A stretch of 64,000 nucleotides of DNA from Pseudomonadota bacterium (GCA_018240595.1 JAFEFL010000063.1:172701-236700), one strand, 5' to 3'. Numbered from the stretch's first letter, positions 1 to 10,896 are shown. A program made the numbers and translations. The notes: generated by a model not told the origin, from the sequence alone.

Positions 1-857
1 GCAATGTCGGTGCCCTGACGGATCGGCGCATAGAAGTCGGCCACCGACGCCGAGCGCGTGAAGCGCGGATCGACGACGATCAGCTTAGCGCCGCGATTGG
101 CTTTCGCCTCCGTGACCCATTTGAAGCCGCACGGGTGGGCTTCCGCCGCGTTGCCGCCCATGATGACGACAAGGTCGGTGTTCTTGATGTCCGTCCAAGA
201 GTTGGTCATCGCACCGCGACCGAATGTTGGGGCCAGACTGGCCACCGTCGGTCCGTGTCAGACTCTCGCTTGGTTGTCGAACGCCAGCATGCCGGCCGAG
301 CGGACCACTTTATAAGTGGCCCAGGCCGTTTCATTGGTGGTCGCGGACGCCGCCAGGAAGCCCGTGGTCAGCCACCGGTTGACGGTGACACCGTCGGAAT
401 TCTTGGCGATGAAATTCTTGTCGCGATCGTCTTTCATCAACCGCGCAACACGATCAAGCGCCTGATCCCAGGACACGCGCTCGAACTTGTCCGAGCCCGG
501 CTTGCGGATCTGCGGATACAACGTGCGCGTCTTGGCGTGAACGATGTCGAGGAGGCCGGCGCCCTTCGGGCACAACGTGCCGCGATTTGTCGGGTGGTCC
601 GGATCGCCTTCGATGTGAACGATGTCGGCCTTTTCGCCCTTCTTCAGATCGCCCTTGGAATACATGATGATTCCGCAGGCGACCGAGCAATATGTGCAGG
701 TGTTGCGGGTCTCGGTCAGGTTCGCGAGCTTCCAAGGCCGAATGGAACTCGCAAAGGCTTCTTCAATGTCTCCGAAGCCAAGCGCGCCGAGCGTTGTACC
801 GGCAATACCCACGCTGACGCCCTTCATGAACTGGCGCCGCGAGAGTTCCATATTCAT
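1..857 (-). CDS. fdnG: Formate dehydrogenase-N type alpha subunit, selenocysteine-containing (5' part; runs off window start)
   Basis: Tat signal SRRQFMK; Fe-S motif CTYCSVACG; the ORF-track stop at 258-260 is TGA in the context NQARV-U-HGPTVASLAPTFGRGAMTN, and the frame stays open to base 1 (…GGNAAEAHPCGFKW…VVDPRFTRSASVAD…). Confidence 0.95.
218..260 (-). promoter_or_regulatory. Bacterial SECIS element immediately 3' of the Sec UGA
   Basis: mRNA reads UGA CAC GGA CCG ACG GUG GCC AGU CUG GCC CCA ACA UUC GGU C: lower stem GACCGA/UCGGUC and upper stem GGCC(A)/(U)GGCC, the position and layout known for fdnG/fdhF SECIS. Confidence 0.8.
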
Positions 858-1321
858 CGTTCTTGCCCTCCTCGAGAGCTTTGCCCCTGCCAGGGGACAG
901 GCGCGACAACGCTCCTCCGAACGTGTCGCGGCGCGCCGAATACGCGCAGGGAGAAGGCTATTTTTGAAGGATTACAAAGTCAAACCGCGTGCCAATATGT
1001 CACAGCCGTTTGATCGATTGCCGCATTGCAAAACAGTCGATGTGATTTCTCGCAGTTAAATCGTCTGCGAAACGTTTTGTCATAGTCATCTTCTATCGGA
1101 GTTTACGCGGACATTACGACAGTATCGCTGTCGCGCACCATGATGGCAAAATGCGCATCACATTTTTCGCCGCAATATCCTATTACCCAGGCGTTGGCTC
1201 TTTGGCCGATTGACCTTGTACCAATCGCGAGAGCACTATCCACAGCGTGGTGTCACACGCTGCTCCCGGGTCTCGGGGCGTCAAGGGTATTCGGCCCACC
1301 TCCACTCTCATCGGCGCGACG

Positions 1322-1873
1322 ATGGTCGCGGCCGCGCTGTTGCTGCTTGCGGGGCGAACTTGCGCGGCTGACCTGGGGCCCTGGACGGAAGCGTCGCCTC
1401 CGACTTTCACCCTTCCGGCGTTTGGCACTTCGCACGAGCGCTCTGTTGCTCTGGCACAACAGACCGGCGACGCAGTTCTCGTTCACTTCTTCGCGAGTTG
1501 GTGCGAGCCGTGCCGAGATGAACTGCCGGCGCTCGAGCGCCTCGCCAGGCGTGGCGGTCCCGGTGTGAAAGTCGTCGCCATTGCTGTCGCCGATATCGAT
1601 GCGCCGTTGCGGCGGCTGATCGATGCGGCCGGGGCAACTTTTCCGGTGCTGATGGACCGCGATCGCGCGGTCGCCCGCGCCTGGTCCATCTCTACCTTGC
1701 CGTCCACCGTCGTTCTCAATGCAAAGCGCGAACCCAGGCTGATCGCCGAGGGTGATGTCGCCTGGGACACGGTCGACCCGAAGCAGCTGATCGAGCACCT
1801 CTCGTCAGCGCACCGAAACGCCCACACCCAACAAAGTCTTGTTATTCAGGGAGGATCGCAGAATGTACCTTGA
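1322..1873 (+). CDS. TlpA-family thiol:disulfide oxidoreductase (exported or anchored); start uncertain (alternative GTG at 1247)
   Basis: HFFASWCEPCRDELP thioredoxin-like CxxC motif; hydrophobic N-terminus; LPSTVV cis-Pro loop. Confidence 0.85.
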   Translation: MVAAALLLLAGRTCAADLGPWTEASPPTFTLPAFGTSHERSVALAQQTGDAVLVHFFASWCEPCRDELPALERLARRGGPGVKVVAIAVADIDAPLRRLIDAAGATFPVLMDRDRAVARAWSISTLPSTVVLNAKREPRLIAEGDVAWDTVDPKQLIEHLSSAHRNAHTQQSLVIQGGSQNVP

Positions 1874-2966
1874 TCGTCGCACACTGCTAAAAGCTGGTGC
1901 CGCCGTCACCTTGACGGCAGGACTGCCGCGTTTCGCCGCCGCTGCAGGCGCTTTCAACCCGGTTCCGGGGAACTGGCGCACCTTCGAGATCGTCACCAGG
2001 CTCGAAATCGCCAAACCCGACGGGAAGGTCAAAGCCTGGATCCCGGTGCCGGCGGTCAATGAAGACGGCTGGTTCAAATCGCTCGGCAGCGAATGGACCA
2101 CCAACGGCGGCGCGGCGCTGACGCGTGACACGAAATACGGCGCCGAATTCGTCCAGGCCGAATGGAAGGACGGCGAAACCGCCCCGGTCATCCAGGTCAC
2201 CAGTCGGGTTTCGACGCGCGACCGCGCCGTCGATCTGAGCAAGCCCGGCACCGTCCCCGATCTCTCGGCCGCCGACCGCAAACATTACACCGAAGGCACC
2301 GACCTCATCCCGGTGGACGGCATCGTCAAGCAGACGGCCGACAAGATCACCGCCGGCGCCAAGACCGATCTCGACAAGGCCCGCGCGATCTATGAGTGGG
2401 TGGTCGAAAACACCGCGCGCGATCCGAAGACGCGCGGTTGCGGCATCGGCGACATCGCGGCGATGCTCAAGACTGGCAACCTGTCAGGCAAGTGCGCCGA
2501 CCTTAACGCGCTCTATGTCGGCCTGGCGCGCGCCAGCGGCCTCCCGGCCCGCGATGTCTATGGCATTCGTGTCGCGCCGTCACAGTTCGGCTACAAGAGC
2601 CTCGGTGCCGGCTCGGCCAACATCACCAAGGCGCAACATTGCCGTGCCGAGACCTTCATCGCCGGCCACGGCTGGATCGCTTCCGACCCCGCCGATGTGC
2701 GCAAGGTGATGCTCGAGGAGCCGCCCGGCAACCTGACGCTCGACAATCCGAAGGTCGCCGACGCGCGCAGGACCTTGCTCGGGGCCTGGGAAGGCAACTG
2801 GCTCGCCTACAACTTCGCGCACGACATCGCCCTGCCCGGCTCGAACGGGCCGAAACTCGGGTTCCTGATGTATCCGCAAGCGGAATGCGGGGCGAACCGG
2901 CTCGACTGCCTCGATCCGGACACGTTCAAGTACACGATCACCGCGAAGGAAGTGACCGCCGCGTGA
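1863..2966 (+). CDS. Tat-exported transglutaminase-like (papain-fold Cys-His-Asp) protein
   Basis: GGAGGA RBS; signal MYLDRRTLLK…AAAA; GKCADLNAL (Cys), QHCRAE (His), SDPAD (Asp). Confidence 0.88.
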   Translation: MYLDRRTLLKAGAAVTLTAGLPRFAAAAGAFNPVPGNWRTFEIVTRLEIAKPDGKVKAWIPVPAVNEDGWFKSLGSEWTTNGGAALTRDTKYGAEFVQAEWKDGETAPVIQVTSRVSTRDRAVDLSKPGTVPDLSAADRKHYTEGTDLIPVDGIVKQTADKITAGAKTDLDKARAIYEWVVENTARDPKTRGCGIGDIAAMLKTGNLSGKCADLNALYVGLARASGLPARDVYGIRVAPSQFGYKSLGAGSANITKAQHCRAETFIAGHGWIASDPADVRKVMLEEPPGNLTLDNPKVADARRTLLGAWEGNWLAYNFAHDIALPGSNGPKLGFLMYPQAECGANRLDCLDPDTFKYTITAKEVTAA

Positions 2967-3089
2967 TTCTCGTCGACAGCAGATGGCGGACGCCACGGCG
3001 ATGGCGTCCGCTTCAGCGTGCCGCAGCCCATCATGGAACTTGTGGGACGCCTTGCGCATTGGCCGTGGTCCTCTTCACGGGAGACGGCC

Positions 3090-3398
3090 ATGCGAACGGT
3101 CATATTGGTAGCGGCGGCGTCACTGGCGCTTATGTCGATGGCGCTGGCGCAAAGCGGTTCAGGCGGCAGCGGCGACGAGCCGCAAAACAAGGGCTCGACC
3201 GGCTGGACAGGCGCCCACCCGGAGACCGGCGGCGCCACATCGGACAAGGGCACGCAAGGCACGCCGAAGGACGCCACCACCGGGCAGGCTGTGCAGGTGC
3301 ACGACGACGCTTTGGCCAAGACGCAGCCTTTGACAGCAACCGGCGAAGATCTCAAGGGTCCGCCCAAGCAGTTTGCGCCCAGCAAGACTCCGGAGTAG
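3090..3398 (+). CDS. Small exported Gly/Thr-rich hypothetical protein
   Basis: GGAG RBS; Sec-type signal MRTVILVAAASLALMSMALA; low-complexity mature part ending TGEDLKGPPKQFAPSKTPE. Confidence 0.75.
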   Translation: MRTVILVAAASLALMSMALAQSGSGGSGDEPQNKGSTGWTGAHPETGGATSDKGTQGTPKDATTGQAVQVHDDALAKTQPLTATGEDLKGPPKQFAPSKTPE

Positions 3399-3435
3399 CC
3401 GGAACGCGCCACCGGCCCGCCGGTCCGCTACCGCG

Positions 3436-3672
3436 ATGACCGCGCCGGCCCAGACCGTGCTCGACTTGCGCGGATTGCGCTGCCCGCAACCAGTGCTGCG
3501 CGCCAAGAAAGCGCTGCGCACCCTGTCGGCCGGTGACGCGCTGGTGCTCGAATGCACCGATCCGCTGACCGTCATCGACGTCCCTCATTTCTGCAACCAG
3601 ACGGGAAACCGCCTCGCCGCGCAGACGCGCGCGGACGGGCTTTACGTCTTCACCATCGTGAAACAAAGCTGA
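3436..3672 (+). CDS. TusA/SirA-family sulfur(selenium) carrier protein
   Basis: [13 protein letters not shown] CPxP motif; 78 aa; directly upstream of selD. Confidence 0.9.
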   Translation: MTAPAQTVLDLRGLRCPQPVLRAKKALRTLSAGDALVLECTDPLTVIDVPHFCNQTGNRLAAQTRADGLYVFTIVKQS

Positions 3673-3694
3673 CGCGGTACGGGAGAGAGAGAGA

Positions 3695-4759
3695 ATGAAC
3701 ATCCAGACGCCGATCAGACTGAGCCACCTCTCCCACGGCGGCGGTTGCGGCTGCAAGCTGGCGCCGTCGGTGCTGCAGCAGTTGCTGTCCAGCCATCCGA
3801 CCGTGTCGCCCTACAAGCAACTGCTGGTCGGCGTCGAAACCGGCGACGACGCCGCGGTGTGGGAGCTCGATCCCGGCAACGCCAACGGCGTCTGCATCAT
3901 CGCCACCACCGACTTCTTCATGCCGATGGTCGATGACGCGCGCGACTTCGGCCGCATCGCCGCCACCAACGCGATCTCCGATGTCTATGCCATGGGCGGC
4001 ACGCCGATCTTCGCGCTCGCCATTCTCGGCATGCCGGTCGACAAGATACCGCCGGAGATGGTTCGCCAGATACTCGAAGGCGGCCAGTCGGTGTGCGACA
4101 GCGCCGGGATTCCGATCGCCGGCGGCCATTCCATCGATTCGCCAGAGCCGATCTACGGCCTCGCCGTCATCGGCACGGGGAGGAAAAGCGACATCCGCCG
4201 CAACGCCGACGCCAAGGCGGGCGATGCGCTGATCCTGACCAAGGCGCTGGGTGTCGGCATCTATTCGGCGGCGTTCAAGAAGAGCGCCCTGTCGCGCGCG
4301 GCCTATGACGAGTTCATCGCCACGACGACACTGCTCAACCGCGTCGGCGCCAAACTCGCCAAGGACGACGCTGTGCATGCCATGACCGACGTCACCGGCT
4401 TCGGACTGCTCGGCCATGCGCTGGAGATGGCGCGCGGCTCGGGCAAGACCGTGACGGTGGAGGCCAGCGCGCTGCCGTATCTCAAGGACGCCGCGGCGCT
4501 GGCGCAGCAGGGCTTCGTCACCGGCGCCTCGGGGCGCAACTGGAAGAGCTACGAGGCCGGCGTCGTGCTGCCGGACGGCACGCCGGACTGGCAGCGCCAG
4601 TTGCTGTGCGATCCGCAAACTTCCGGCGGCCTGCTGGTGTCCTGCGCGGCCGACAAGGCCGTCGCCGTTCTCGCGACGATCCAGACGGCCGGCTATCCGG
4701 CCGCCTGCATCATCGGCCGCGTCGACGACGGCAAGCCGCAAGTCGTCGTCAAGGCATGA
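3695..4759 (+). CDS. selD: Selenide, water dikinase (Cys form)
   Basis: SHGGGCGCK active-site motif; [47 protein letters not shown] motifs. Confidence 0.97.
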   Translation: MNIQTPIRLSHLSHGGGCGCKLAPSVLQQLLSSHPTVSPYKQLLVGVETGDDAAVWELDPGNANGVCIIATTDFFMPMVDDARDFGRIAATNAISDVYAMGGTPIFALAILGMPVDKIPPEMVRQILEGGQSVCDSAGIPIAGGHSIDSPEPIYGLAVIGTGRKSDIRRNADAKAGDALILTKALGVGIYSAAFKKSALSRAAYDEFIATTTLLNRVGAKLAKDDAVHAMTDVTGFGLLGHALEMARGSGKTVTVEASALPYLKDAAALAQQGFVTGASGRNWKSYEAGVVLPDGTPDWQRQLLCDPQTSGGLLVSCAADKAVAVLATIQTAGYPAACIIGRVDDGKPQVVVKA

Positions 4760-4774
4760 TCCGCACTTCGCCGG

Positions 4775-6169
4775 TCAAAGACTTGCGGCCACCTCATCGA
4801 CCGCGCCCTTGGCGGCGGCGACGATTTTGTCCGCTTCCTCGCGCGTCAGGCAGAGCGGCGGCGCAAAGCCCATGATGTCGCCCTGCGGCATGGCGCGGGC
4901 GATGACGCCGCGCTCGAGCAGCGCCGCGACGATGCGCGGGCCGACCTTGTCCTGCGCGTCGAAGAACACACGGTCGTCGCGGTCGCGCACGAATTCGACG
5001 GCGGCGAGCAGTCCCTCGCCGCGCACGTCGCCGACGTTGCGGTGCTTGTCGAACGCCGCCTTGAGCGCCTGCTTGAAATAGCCGCCGACCTCGCGGGCAT
5101 TATTGACCAGCTCGAGATCGTCGATCACGCCGAGATTGGCGACGCCGGCGGCGGCGCACAACGGATGCGACGAATAGGTCCAGCCGTGGCCGATGGCGCC
5201 GAATTCGTCGGAGCCCTTTTCGAGGATGCGCCACACCTTCTCCGACACGATGACGCCGGACAGCGGCGCGTAGGCGGAAGTCAGGCCCTTGGCGATGGTG
5301 ATCAGGTCCGGCTCGATGCCGTAGTGATCGGAGCCGAACATGCTGCCGAGGCGGCCGAAGCCGGTGATGACTTCGTCGGCAATGAGGAGAATGTCGTACT
5401 TCCTCAGAACCGCCTGGATCTTCGGCCAGTAGCCGGCCGGCGGCGGCACGATGCCGCCGGTTCCGAGCACCGGCTCGCCGATGAAGGCGGCGATGGTGTC
5501 CGGCCCTTCGGCGAGGATCATCTCCTCGAGCTTGTCGGCACAGAATTGCGAGAACTGCTCTTCGCTCTGCGAGCGGTCGGCGCGGCGGAAGTAATACGGC
5601 GCCTCAGTGTGCAGCACCGGCGCCTTCGGCAGATCGAACAGATTGTGGAAAGCGGCGAGCCCGGTCAGGCTGCCGGTCATGACGCCCGAGCCGTGATAGC
5701 CGCGCCAGCGCGAGATGATCTTCTTCTTTTGCGGGCGCTTGAGGACGTTGTTGACGTACCAGACCAGCTTGATGTTGGTCTCGTTGGCGTCGGAGCCGGA
5801 CAGGCCGAAGAACACACGGCTCATGTTTTTCGGCGCGCGGTCGATGATCATCTTGGCGAGCCGGATCGACGGCTCGCTGCCGTGGCCGACATAGGCGTGA
5901 TAATACGACAGTTGCGCCGCCTGCGCGGCGATGGCGTCCGTGATCTCGCGGCGGCCATAGCCGACATTGACGCAATAGAGTCCGGCGAAGGCGTCGAGGC
6001 TGCGCTTGCCCTCGCGATCGACGATATAAACGCCCTCGCCGCCGGCGACGATGCGGTTCGGCGTTTCGCCGCGCGCGTGCTGCGCCATGTGCGTCGAGGG
6101 GTGGAAGAAGTGGTCGCGATCCCAGGCCGTCAATTCGTTGCCGGAGGCTTGTGCGGTTCTGTTCAGCAT
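4775..6169 (-). CDS. doeD: Class III PLP aminotransferase, diaminobutyrate transaminase of ectoine catabolism (Atf/DoeD)
   Basis: LDAFAGLYCVNVGYGR, IADEVITGFGRLG, TIAKGLTS motifs; last gene of the eut/ehu operon. Confidence 0.85.
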   Translation of the reverse strand: MLNRTAQASGNELTAWDRDHFFHPSTHMAQHARGETPNRIVAGGEGVYIVDREGKRSLDAFAGLYCVNVGYGRREITDAIAAQAAQLSYYHAYVGHGSEPSIRLAKMIIDRAPKNMSRVFFGLSGSDANETNIKLVWYVNNVLKRPQKKKIISRWRGYHGSGVMTGSLTGLAAFHNLFDLPKAPVLHTEAPYYFRRADRSQSEEQFSQFCADKLEEMILAEGPDTIAAFIGEPVLGTGGIVPPPAGYWPKIQAVLRKYDILLIADEVITGFGRLGSMFGSDHYGIEPDLITIAKGLTSAYAPLSGVIVSEKVWRILEKGSDEFGAIGHGWTYSSHPLCAAAGVANLGVIDDLELVNNAREVGGYFKQALKAAFDKHRNVGDVRGEGLLAAVEFVRDRDDRVFFDAQDKVGPRIVAALLERGVIARAMPQGDIMGFAPPLCLTREEADKIVAAAKGAVDEVAASL

Positions 6170-6199
6170 GGGTGAAATCCTTTCAGCAGTTCGTCGAAA

Positions 6200-7726
6200 T
6201 CAGTTGAGGTCGAGGCAGACGCATTTGAGATCGGTGAAGGCCTCGAGGCCGTGGCGCGAGCCTTCGCGGCCGAGGCCGGACTGCTTCATGCCGCCGAATG
6301 GCGTCGGCGCGCCGGTCATCTTGACGCGGTTGACCGCGACCATGCCGTAGTCGAGGGCGCGGCTCAGGCGCAACGCGCGGCCGCCGTCCTTGGTCACGAC
6401 ATAGGCGATGAGGCCGTATTTGGTGTCGTTCGCGCGCCGCACCACTTCTTCTTCGGTATCAAAGACAGTAACGGCGGCGACCGGGGCGAAGCTCTCTTCT
6501 TGCATGATCGCGGCATCGTCGGGCACGTCGGCGAGCAAGGTCGGCGGCACGAACAGCGGCCCGGGTACGGCATCGCCGCCGGCGAGACGGCGCGCGCCCC
6601 TGCCCATGGCGTCATCGATCTGCGCCCGCGCCTTGGCGACGGCGCGCTCATGCATCAGCGGGCCGATGTTGGTGCCGGCATCGAGACCGGCGCCGACCTT
6701 GAGCGCGGCGATCCGCGCGGCGAATTTTCGGCAAAATTCGGGGTAGAGCGCGCGCTGCACGTAGATGCGGTTGGCGGCAAGGCAGTCCTGCCCCGAGGTC
6801 GCGAACTTGGCGTCCATGGCGATGGCGACGGCGCGGTCGAGATCGGCGTCGTCGAACACGATCAGCGGCGCGTGACCGCCGAGCTCCATCACCATGCGCT
6901 TGACCGTGGCGCCGCAGCGCGTCGCAATTTGGCGGCCGATTTCGGTCGAGCCGGTAAAGCTGACGATGCGCACGCGCGGATCGCTGCACAGCACGTCGGC
7001 GATCGGCGGCGCCTGCCCGGTGACGACGTTGAACACCCCGGCCGGCAATTCGGCACGCACCGCGAGCTCCGCCAGCGCCAGCGCCGACAAGGGCGTGTAG
7101 GACGAGGGATGCGCGACCACGGTGCAGCCGGCGGCGAGCGCGGCGGCGGCCTTGCGCGTCAGCATCGCGGCCGGGAAATTCCACGGCGTCAGCAGCGCGG
7201 CGACGCCGAGCGGCTCGCGTACCGTCAGCGTCTGCGCGCCATCGAGATGGCTTGTCGTGGTCTCGGCGCCGAGGCGCTTGCCTTCCTCGGCAAACCATTC
7301 GACGAAAGAGGCCGCGTAATCGATCTCGCCGCGCGCCTCGGCGAGCGGCTTGCCCTGCTCCAGCGTCATGATCAGCGCCAGATCCTCGCGCGCCTCCATG
7401 ATGAGGCCATACCAGGCCTTGAGCCGCGCCGCGCGCTGCTGCGGCAGCAGCGCCTTCCACACCGGGAAAGCGGCGGCGGCCGCATCGACGGCGGCGCGCG
7501 TCTCGGCAGCGCAGAGCAACGCGACGCGCGCCAGTTCGAGGCCGGTTGCCGGATCGCGCACCGCGAAGTCCGCGGCCGACGGCGCGGCCGTCCAGCGCCC
7601 GTCAATATAAGAGAGGTGCCGGAGCAGCCGCTGGTCGGCGAGCCGGCTCAACGCCGGATGCACGCGCGCGTGGCGGGCGAGCCGCTCGCGGTCGGGATGC
7701 ACCAAAGTCTGCGCCAGCGAATTCAT
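6200..7726 (-). CDS. doeC: NAD(P)-dependent semialdehyde dehydrogenase (Ssd/DoeC)
   Basis: TPWNFP, SFTGSTEIG, MELGGHAP, SGQDCLAANR catalytic Cys; ectoine cluster context. Confidence 0.85.
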   Translation of the reverse strand: MNSLAQTLVHPDRERLARHARVHPALSRLADQRLLRHLSYIDGRWTAAPSAADFAVRDPATGLELARVALLCAAETRAAVDAAAAAFPVWKALLPQQRAARLKAWYGLIMEAREDLALIMTLEQGKPLAEARGEIDYAASFVEWFAEEGKRLGAETTTSHLDGAQTLTVREPLGVAALLTPWNFPAAMLTRKAAAALAAGCTVVAHPSSYTPLSALALAELAVRAELPAGVFNVVTGQAPPIADVLCSDPRVRIVSFTGSTEIGRQIATRCGATVKRMVMELGGHAPLIVFDDADLDRAVAIAMDAKFATSGQDCLAANRIYVQRALYPEFCRKFAARIAALKVGAGLDAGTNIGPLMHERAVAKARAQIDDAMGRGARRLAGGDAVPGPLFVPPTLLADVPDDAAIMQEESFAPVAAVTVFDTEEEVVRRANDTKYGLIAYVVTKDGGRALRLSRALDYGMVAVNRVKMTGAPTPFGGMKQSGLGREGSRHGLEAFTDLKCVCLDLN

Positions 7727-7858
7727 GGCCTTCTCCACATCATCATGCCTGCCGGCACTATGGAGGCGATCGCCGCGACAACGTGACTGTTCTTGGCCGT
7801 TCCGCCGAATCTCTGTCGGAAGGCTGGCGGCCAAACCGATAGATTATCGGCGCGCGGT

Positions 7859-8623
7859 CTAACCAAGCACGGAGGCGAGGAACTCGCGCGTGCGCGGTTG
7901 CTCGGGCGACGAGAAGATGCGTTCCGGCTCGCCCTGCTCGACGATCTGGCCCTTGTCGAAGAAGCAGACGCGATCCGACACTTCCCGGGCGAAACGCATT
8001 TCGTGCGTCACCAGCAGCATCGTCAGGTCGTGCTCATGCGCCAGGCTGCGGATGACGCCGAGCACCTCGCCGACCAGTTGCGGATCGAGCGCCGAGGTCG
8101 GCTCGTCGAACAGCAGCACGCGCGGCCGCATGGCGAGCGCCCGCGCGATGGCGACACGCTGCTGCTGGCCGCCCGAGAGCTGCGAGGGGTAATGATCCTT
8201 CTTGTCGGCGAGCCCGACCATGTTCAGGAGATCGACGGCGCGGCATTCCGCCTCGTTACGCGACAGGCCGAGCACGCGGACCGGCGCCTCGATCACGTTA
8301 CGCAGCACGGTCATGTGCGGGAACAGATTGAAGCTCTGGAACACCATACCGACATGACTGCGAATCTGCCGCAGATGCTTCTCGCGCGCCTTGAACGGCC
8401 CGTGGCCGTCCGGCTCGTGGTACGGCATGCCGGCGAGCGTCAGCGTGCCTTCCTGGAACGGCTCCAGCGTCATGAGAATACGCAGCACCGTGGATTTGCC
8501 GGAGCCTGACGGGCCGATCAGCGTCACCTTCTCGCCCTGCTTTACCTCGAAATCGAAGTCCCGCAGCACGGTCAGCGCGCCGAACCGTTTGGTGACGTTG
8601 CTGAAGCGGATGATCGGGTTCAT
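7859..8623 (-). CDS. ehuA: Ectoine/hydroxyectoine ABC transporter ATPase
   Basis: [28 protein letters not shown]; overlaps ehuD stop (ATGA). Confidence 0.9.
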   Translation of the reverse strand: MNPIIRFSNVTKRFGALTVLRDFDFEVKQGEKVTLIGPSGSGKSTVLRILMTLEPFQEGTLTLAGMPYHEPDGHGPFKAREKHLRQIRSHVGMVFQSFNLFPHMTVLRNVIEAPVRVLGLSRNEAECRAVDLLNMVGLADKKDHYPSQLSGGQQQRVAIARALAMRPRVLLFDEPTSALDPQLVGEVLGVIRSLAHEHDLTMLLVTHEMRFAREVSDRVCFFDKGQIVEQGEPERIFSSPEQPRTREFLASVLG

Positions 8624-9312
8624 CGCAGTGCAATCCCTCTCTTCGGCAGGACACGTTCGATGACGTGGATCAAGGCCGAGCAGCCGAGCGTCAGGATCAG
8701 GAAGATCAGACCGACCAGCGACAGCGGCACCAGATATTCGAAGGTGCGGTCGCCGATCAGGTTGGCGAGGTTGAGCATGTCCACCACCGTGATCACCGAC
8801 AGCACCGGCGTATCCTTCAGCATCGACACTAGGTAATTGCCGAGCGCCGGCACGATGCGCGGGATCGCCTGCGGGATGACGACGTCGCGATAGGTCTGCG
8901 CCCGCGTCAGGTTGAGCGCGGTCGCCGCCTCCCACTGGCCGCGGCCGATAGCCTCGAGGCCGGCGCGATAGACCTCCGAGGTATAGGCGGAATATTGCAA
9001 GCCCAAGGCCAGCGCGCCGGTGAGGAACGCCGGCAGCACAATGCCGAACTGCGGCAACACGTAGAATAGGAAGAACAATTGAATGAGCAGCGGCGTGTCG
9101 CGCAGGAACTCGACGATCAGGCCGACCGGCCAGGTGATCAGCCGGCTCTTGGCGCGGCGCAGCAGCGCGAACACGAGGCCGACGCCCATAGCGATGGCAA
9201 AGCCGCAGACCGTGGCCTCCAGCGTGACGATGAGGCCGATGCCGAGAATTGGCAGAATCGAGATGGCATAGGCGAGCGGCGTCGAGGTGTCCCAGGCAAA
9301 GCCATACATCAT
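8620..9312 (-). CDS. ehuD: Ectoine ABC transporter permease
   Basis: Polar-amino-acid permease motifs [27 protein letters not shown]; ATGA overlap with ehuC. Confidence 0.88.
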   Translation of the reverse strand: MMYGFAWDTSTPLAYAISILPILGIGLIVTLEATVCGFAIAMGVGLVFALLRRAKSRLITWPVGLIVEFLRDTPLLIQLFFLFYVLPQFGIVLPAFLTGALALGLQYSAYTSEVYRAGLEAIGRGQWEAATALNLTRAQTYRDVVIPQAIPRIVPALGNYLVSMLKDTPVLSVITVVDMLNLANLIGDRTFEYLVPLSLVGLIFLILTLGCSALIHVIERVLPKRGIALR

Positions 9313-9974
9313 GACGCGGCCCCCTTGGGAAAGGCCGCGCCGCGCCGCAGCTTGTTCTCCAGCCAGCGCATCGCCGCGGCGATGACCAGCGCCATGGCGA
9401 AATAGATCAGCAGCGTCAGCGTATAGATCGGCACGCTCTGCAAGGTGAGATTGCGCAGCGACTGCGCGTGGAAGCTTAGGTCGGCGATGGAGATGAAGGA
9501 CACCAGCGCGGTGTCTTTCAGGTTCTGGATGGCGAGGTTGCAGAACGACGGCATCATCTCGATGACCGCCTGCGGCAGGACGATGTGGATCATCGTATGA
9601 GCGCCGCTGAAATTGAGTGCCTTGGCCGCCTCGCGCTGCTGCTCGGACACCGAAACCAGCGCGCCGCGCACCACTTCCGCGCCATAGGCGCCGATGTTGA
9701 GCGCGAGGCCGAAAATGCCGGTGGCGATCGGGTCGAACGAGATGCCGATCAGCGGCAGCGCATAATACAGCCAGAACAGTTGCACCAGCAGCGAGGTGCC
9801 GCGGAAGATCTCGATATAGGTCAGCGCGATCGCCGACAGCAGGCGGCCGCCGGAGACGCGGGCGATGCCGGCGGCGAAGGCGAACACGGCGCCGAGCAGC
9901 GTCGAAGCAACCGCGATGAGCGCGGTCACTTCGGCGCCCTTGATCAGGTTCGGCAGCAGTTGCGTCCAGGTCAT
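9309..9974 (-). CDS. ehuC: Ectoine ABC transporter permease
   Basis: [31 protein letters not shown]. Confidence 0.88.
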   Translation of the reverse strand: MTWTQLLPNLIKGAEVTALIAVASTLLGAVFAFAAGIARVSGGRLLSAIALTYIEIFRGTSLLVQLFWLYYALPLIGISFDPIATGIFGLALNIGAYGAEVVRGALVSVSEQQREAAKALNFSGAHTMIHIVLPQAVIEMMPSFCNLAIQNLKDTALVSFISIADLSFHAQSLRNLTLQSVPIYTLTLLIYFAMALVIAAAMRWLENKLRRGAAFPKGAAS

Positions 9975-10044
9975 CGGCGCCCCTGTCGATGGATCCGCAA
10001 TTCGCAAGCGCCGGCGGCCCGACGGCCACCGGCGCCGCGCCGTC

Positions 10045-10896
10045 TTACTTACCGGCGCAGAGATCCGACATCTTTTCCTTGCGCGCCGCCTCGACGCTTT
10101 CCTCGCTCAGGCCATGCGAGGTCAGGATCTTGGCGTATTCGTCGGTCTTCTTGAACTCGATCAGCGCCTTGTTGAAGGCGTCGTAGAGTTCCTTGTCCTC
10201 GGGGCGGAAGTCGAAGCCGCCATAGCTGCGCACCGACTTGCCCTTGATCACCGGATCGGTGAACGGCTTGGCCTGCTCGAGGCCGCTCTGACCGTGAACC
10301 AGCTTGGCAACCGTGAGTTCCGTCGCCGCATAGGCGTCGGCGCGGCCGGTCTGCACCGTGGACGGCGCGTCGGCGTTGGCCTGGATCATGACGAGCTGCG
10401 AATCCGGAATGCCGACGCCGTGAGCAAAGTCGAGCTGGTCGGCGCCGGACACGATCGCCATCTTCGCCGACTTGTCCTTCTTGATGTCCTCGAAGCTGTG
10501 CAGCTTCTTCGGGTTGCCGGCCTTGACCAGGAAGCCCTCGCCGTAGCTGGAATTCGGCTCGGTGAAGGTCACCTGCTTGCAGCGATCCGGCAGGATGTTC
10601 ATCTCGGCGGCGACGAAGTCGTAGCGCTTGGCCTTGAGGCCGGGGATGAGCGAGCCGAACGGCGTCACCGTCCAGTTGATCTCCTTGACGCCGAGCTTGT
10701 TGAGGACCGCGATGGCGACTTCGGGCCCGATGCCCTTGGCCTTGCCGTCCGCGTCCATGAAGCCGTAGGGCACTTCGTTGGCCGTCGCGGCGCGGATGTA
10801 GCCTTGAGACTGGATTTCCTTCAGCGTCGTCGCATTCGCCGTTCCGATTCCCGCGATCGCAATGGCGAGGATGCTGCAAGCTCCGATCAAACGCAT
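10045..10896 (-). CDS. ehuB: Ectoine/hydroxyectoine ABC substrate-binding protein
   Basis: Signal peptide; ANEVPYGF, FGSLIPGLKAKRYD, YGEGFLV SBP family 3 motifs typical of EhuB. Confidence 0.88.
   Translation of the reverse strand: MRLIGACSILAIAIAGIGTANATTLKEIQSQGYIRAATANEVPYGFMDADGKAKGIGPEVAIAVLNKLGVKEINWTVTPFGSLIPGLKAKRYDFVAAEMNILPDRCKQVTFTEPNSSYGEGFLVKAGNPKKLHSFEDIKKDKSAKMAIVSGADQLDFAHGVGIPDSQLVMIQANADAPSTVQTGRADAYAATELTVAKLVHGQSGLEQAKPFTDPVIKGKSVRSYGGFDFRPEDKELYDAFNKALIEFKKTDEYAKILTSHGLSEESVEAARKEKMSDLCAGK

Noticed and set aside
1117-1133. CGACAG-N5-CTGTCG inverted repeat in the fdnG promoter region
   Set aside because: Single 6-bp palindrome that does not fit RegR/ModE/FNR consensus as I recall them; insufficient support.
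1210-1224. FNR-like box in the fdnG/TlpA spacer (TTGAC-CTTG-TACCA)
   Set aside because: The right half-site does not match ATCAA/GTCAA.
2964-2966. Possible Sec read-through of the transglutaminase TGA stop
   Set aside because: The protein appears complete at the stop, and no SECIS-like hairpin or conserved extension follows.
858-4775. tRNA-Sec (selC) near selD
   Set aside because: No cloverleaf with a UCA anticodon and long extra arm was seen in the spacers.
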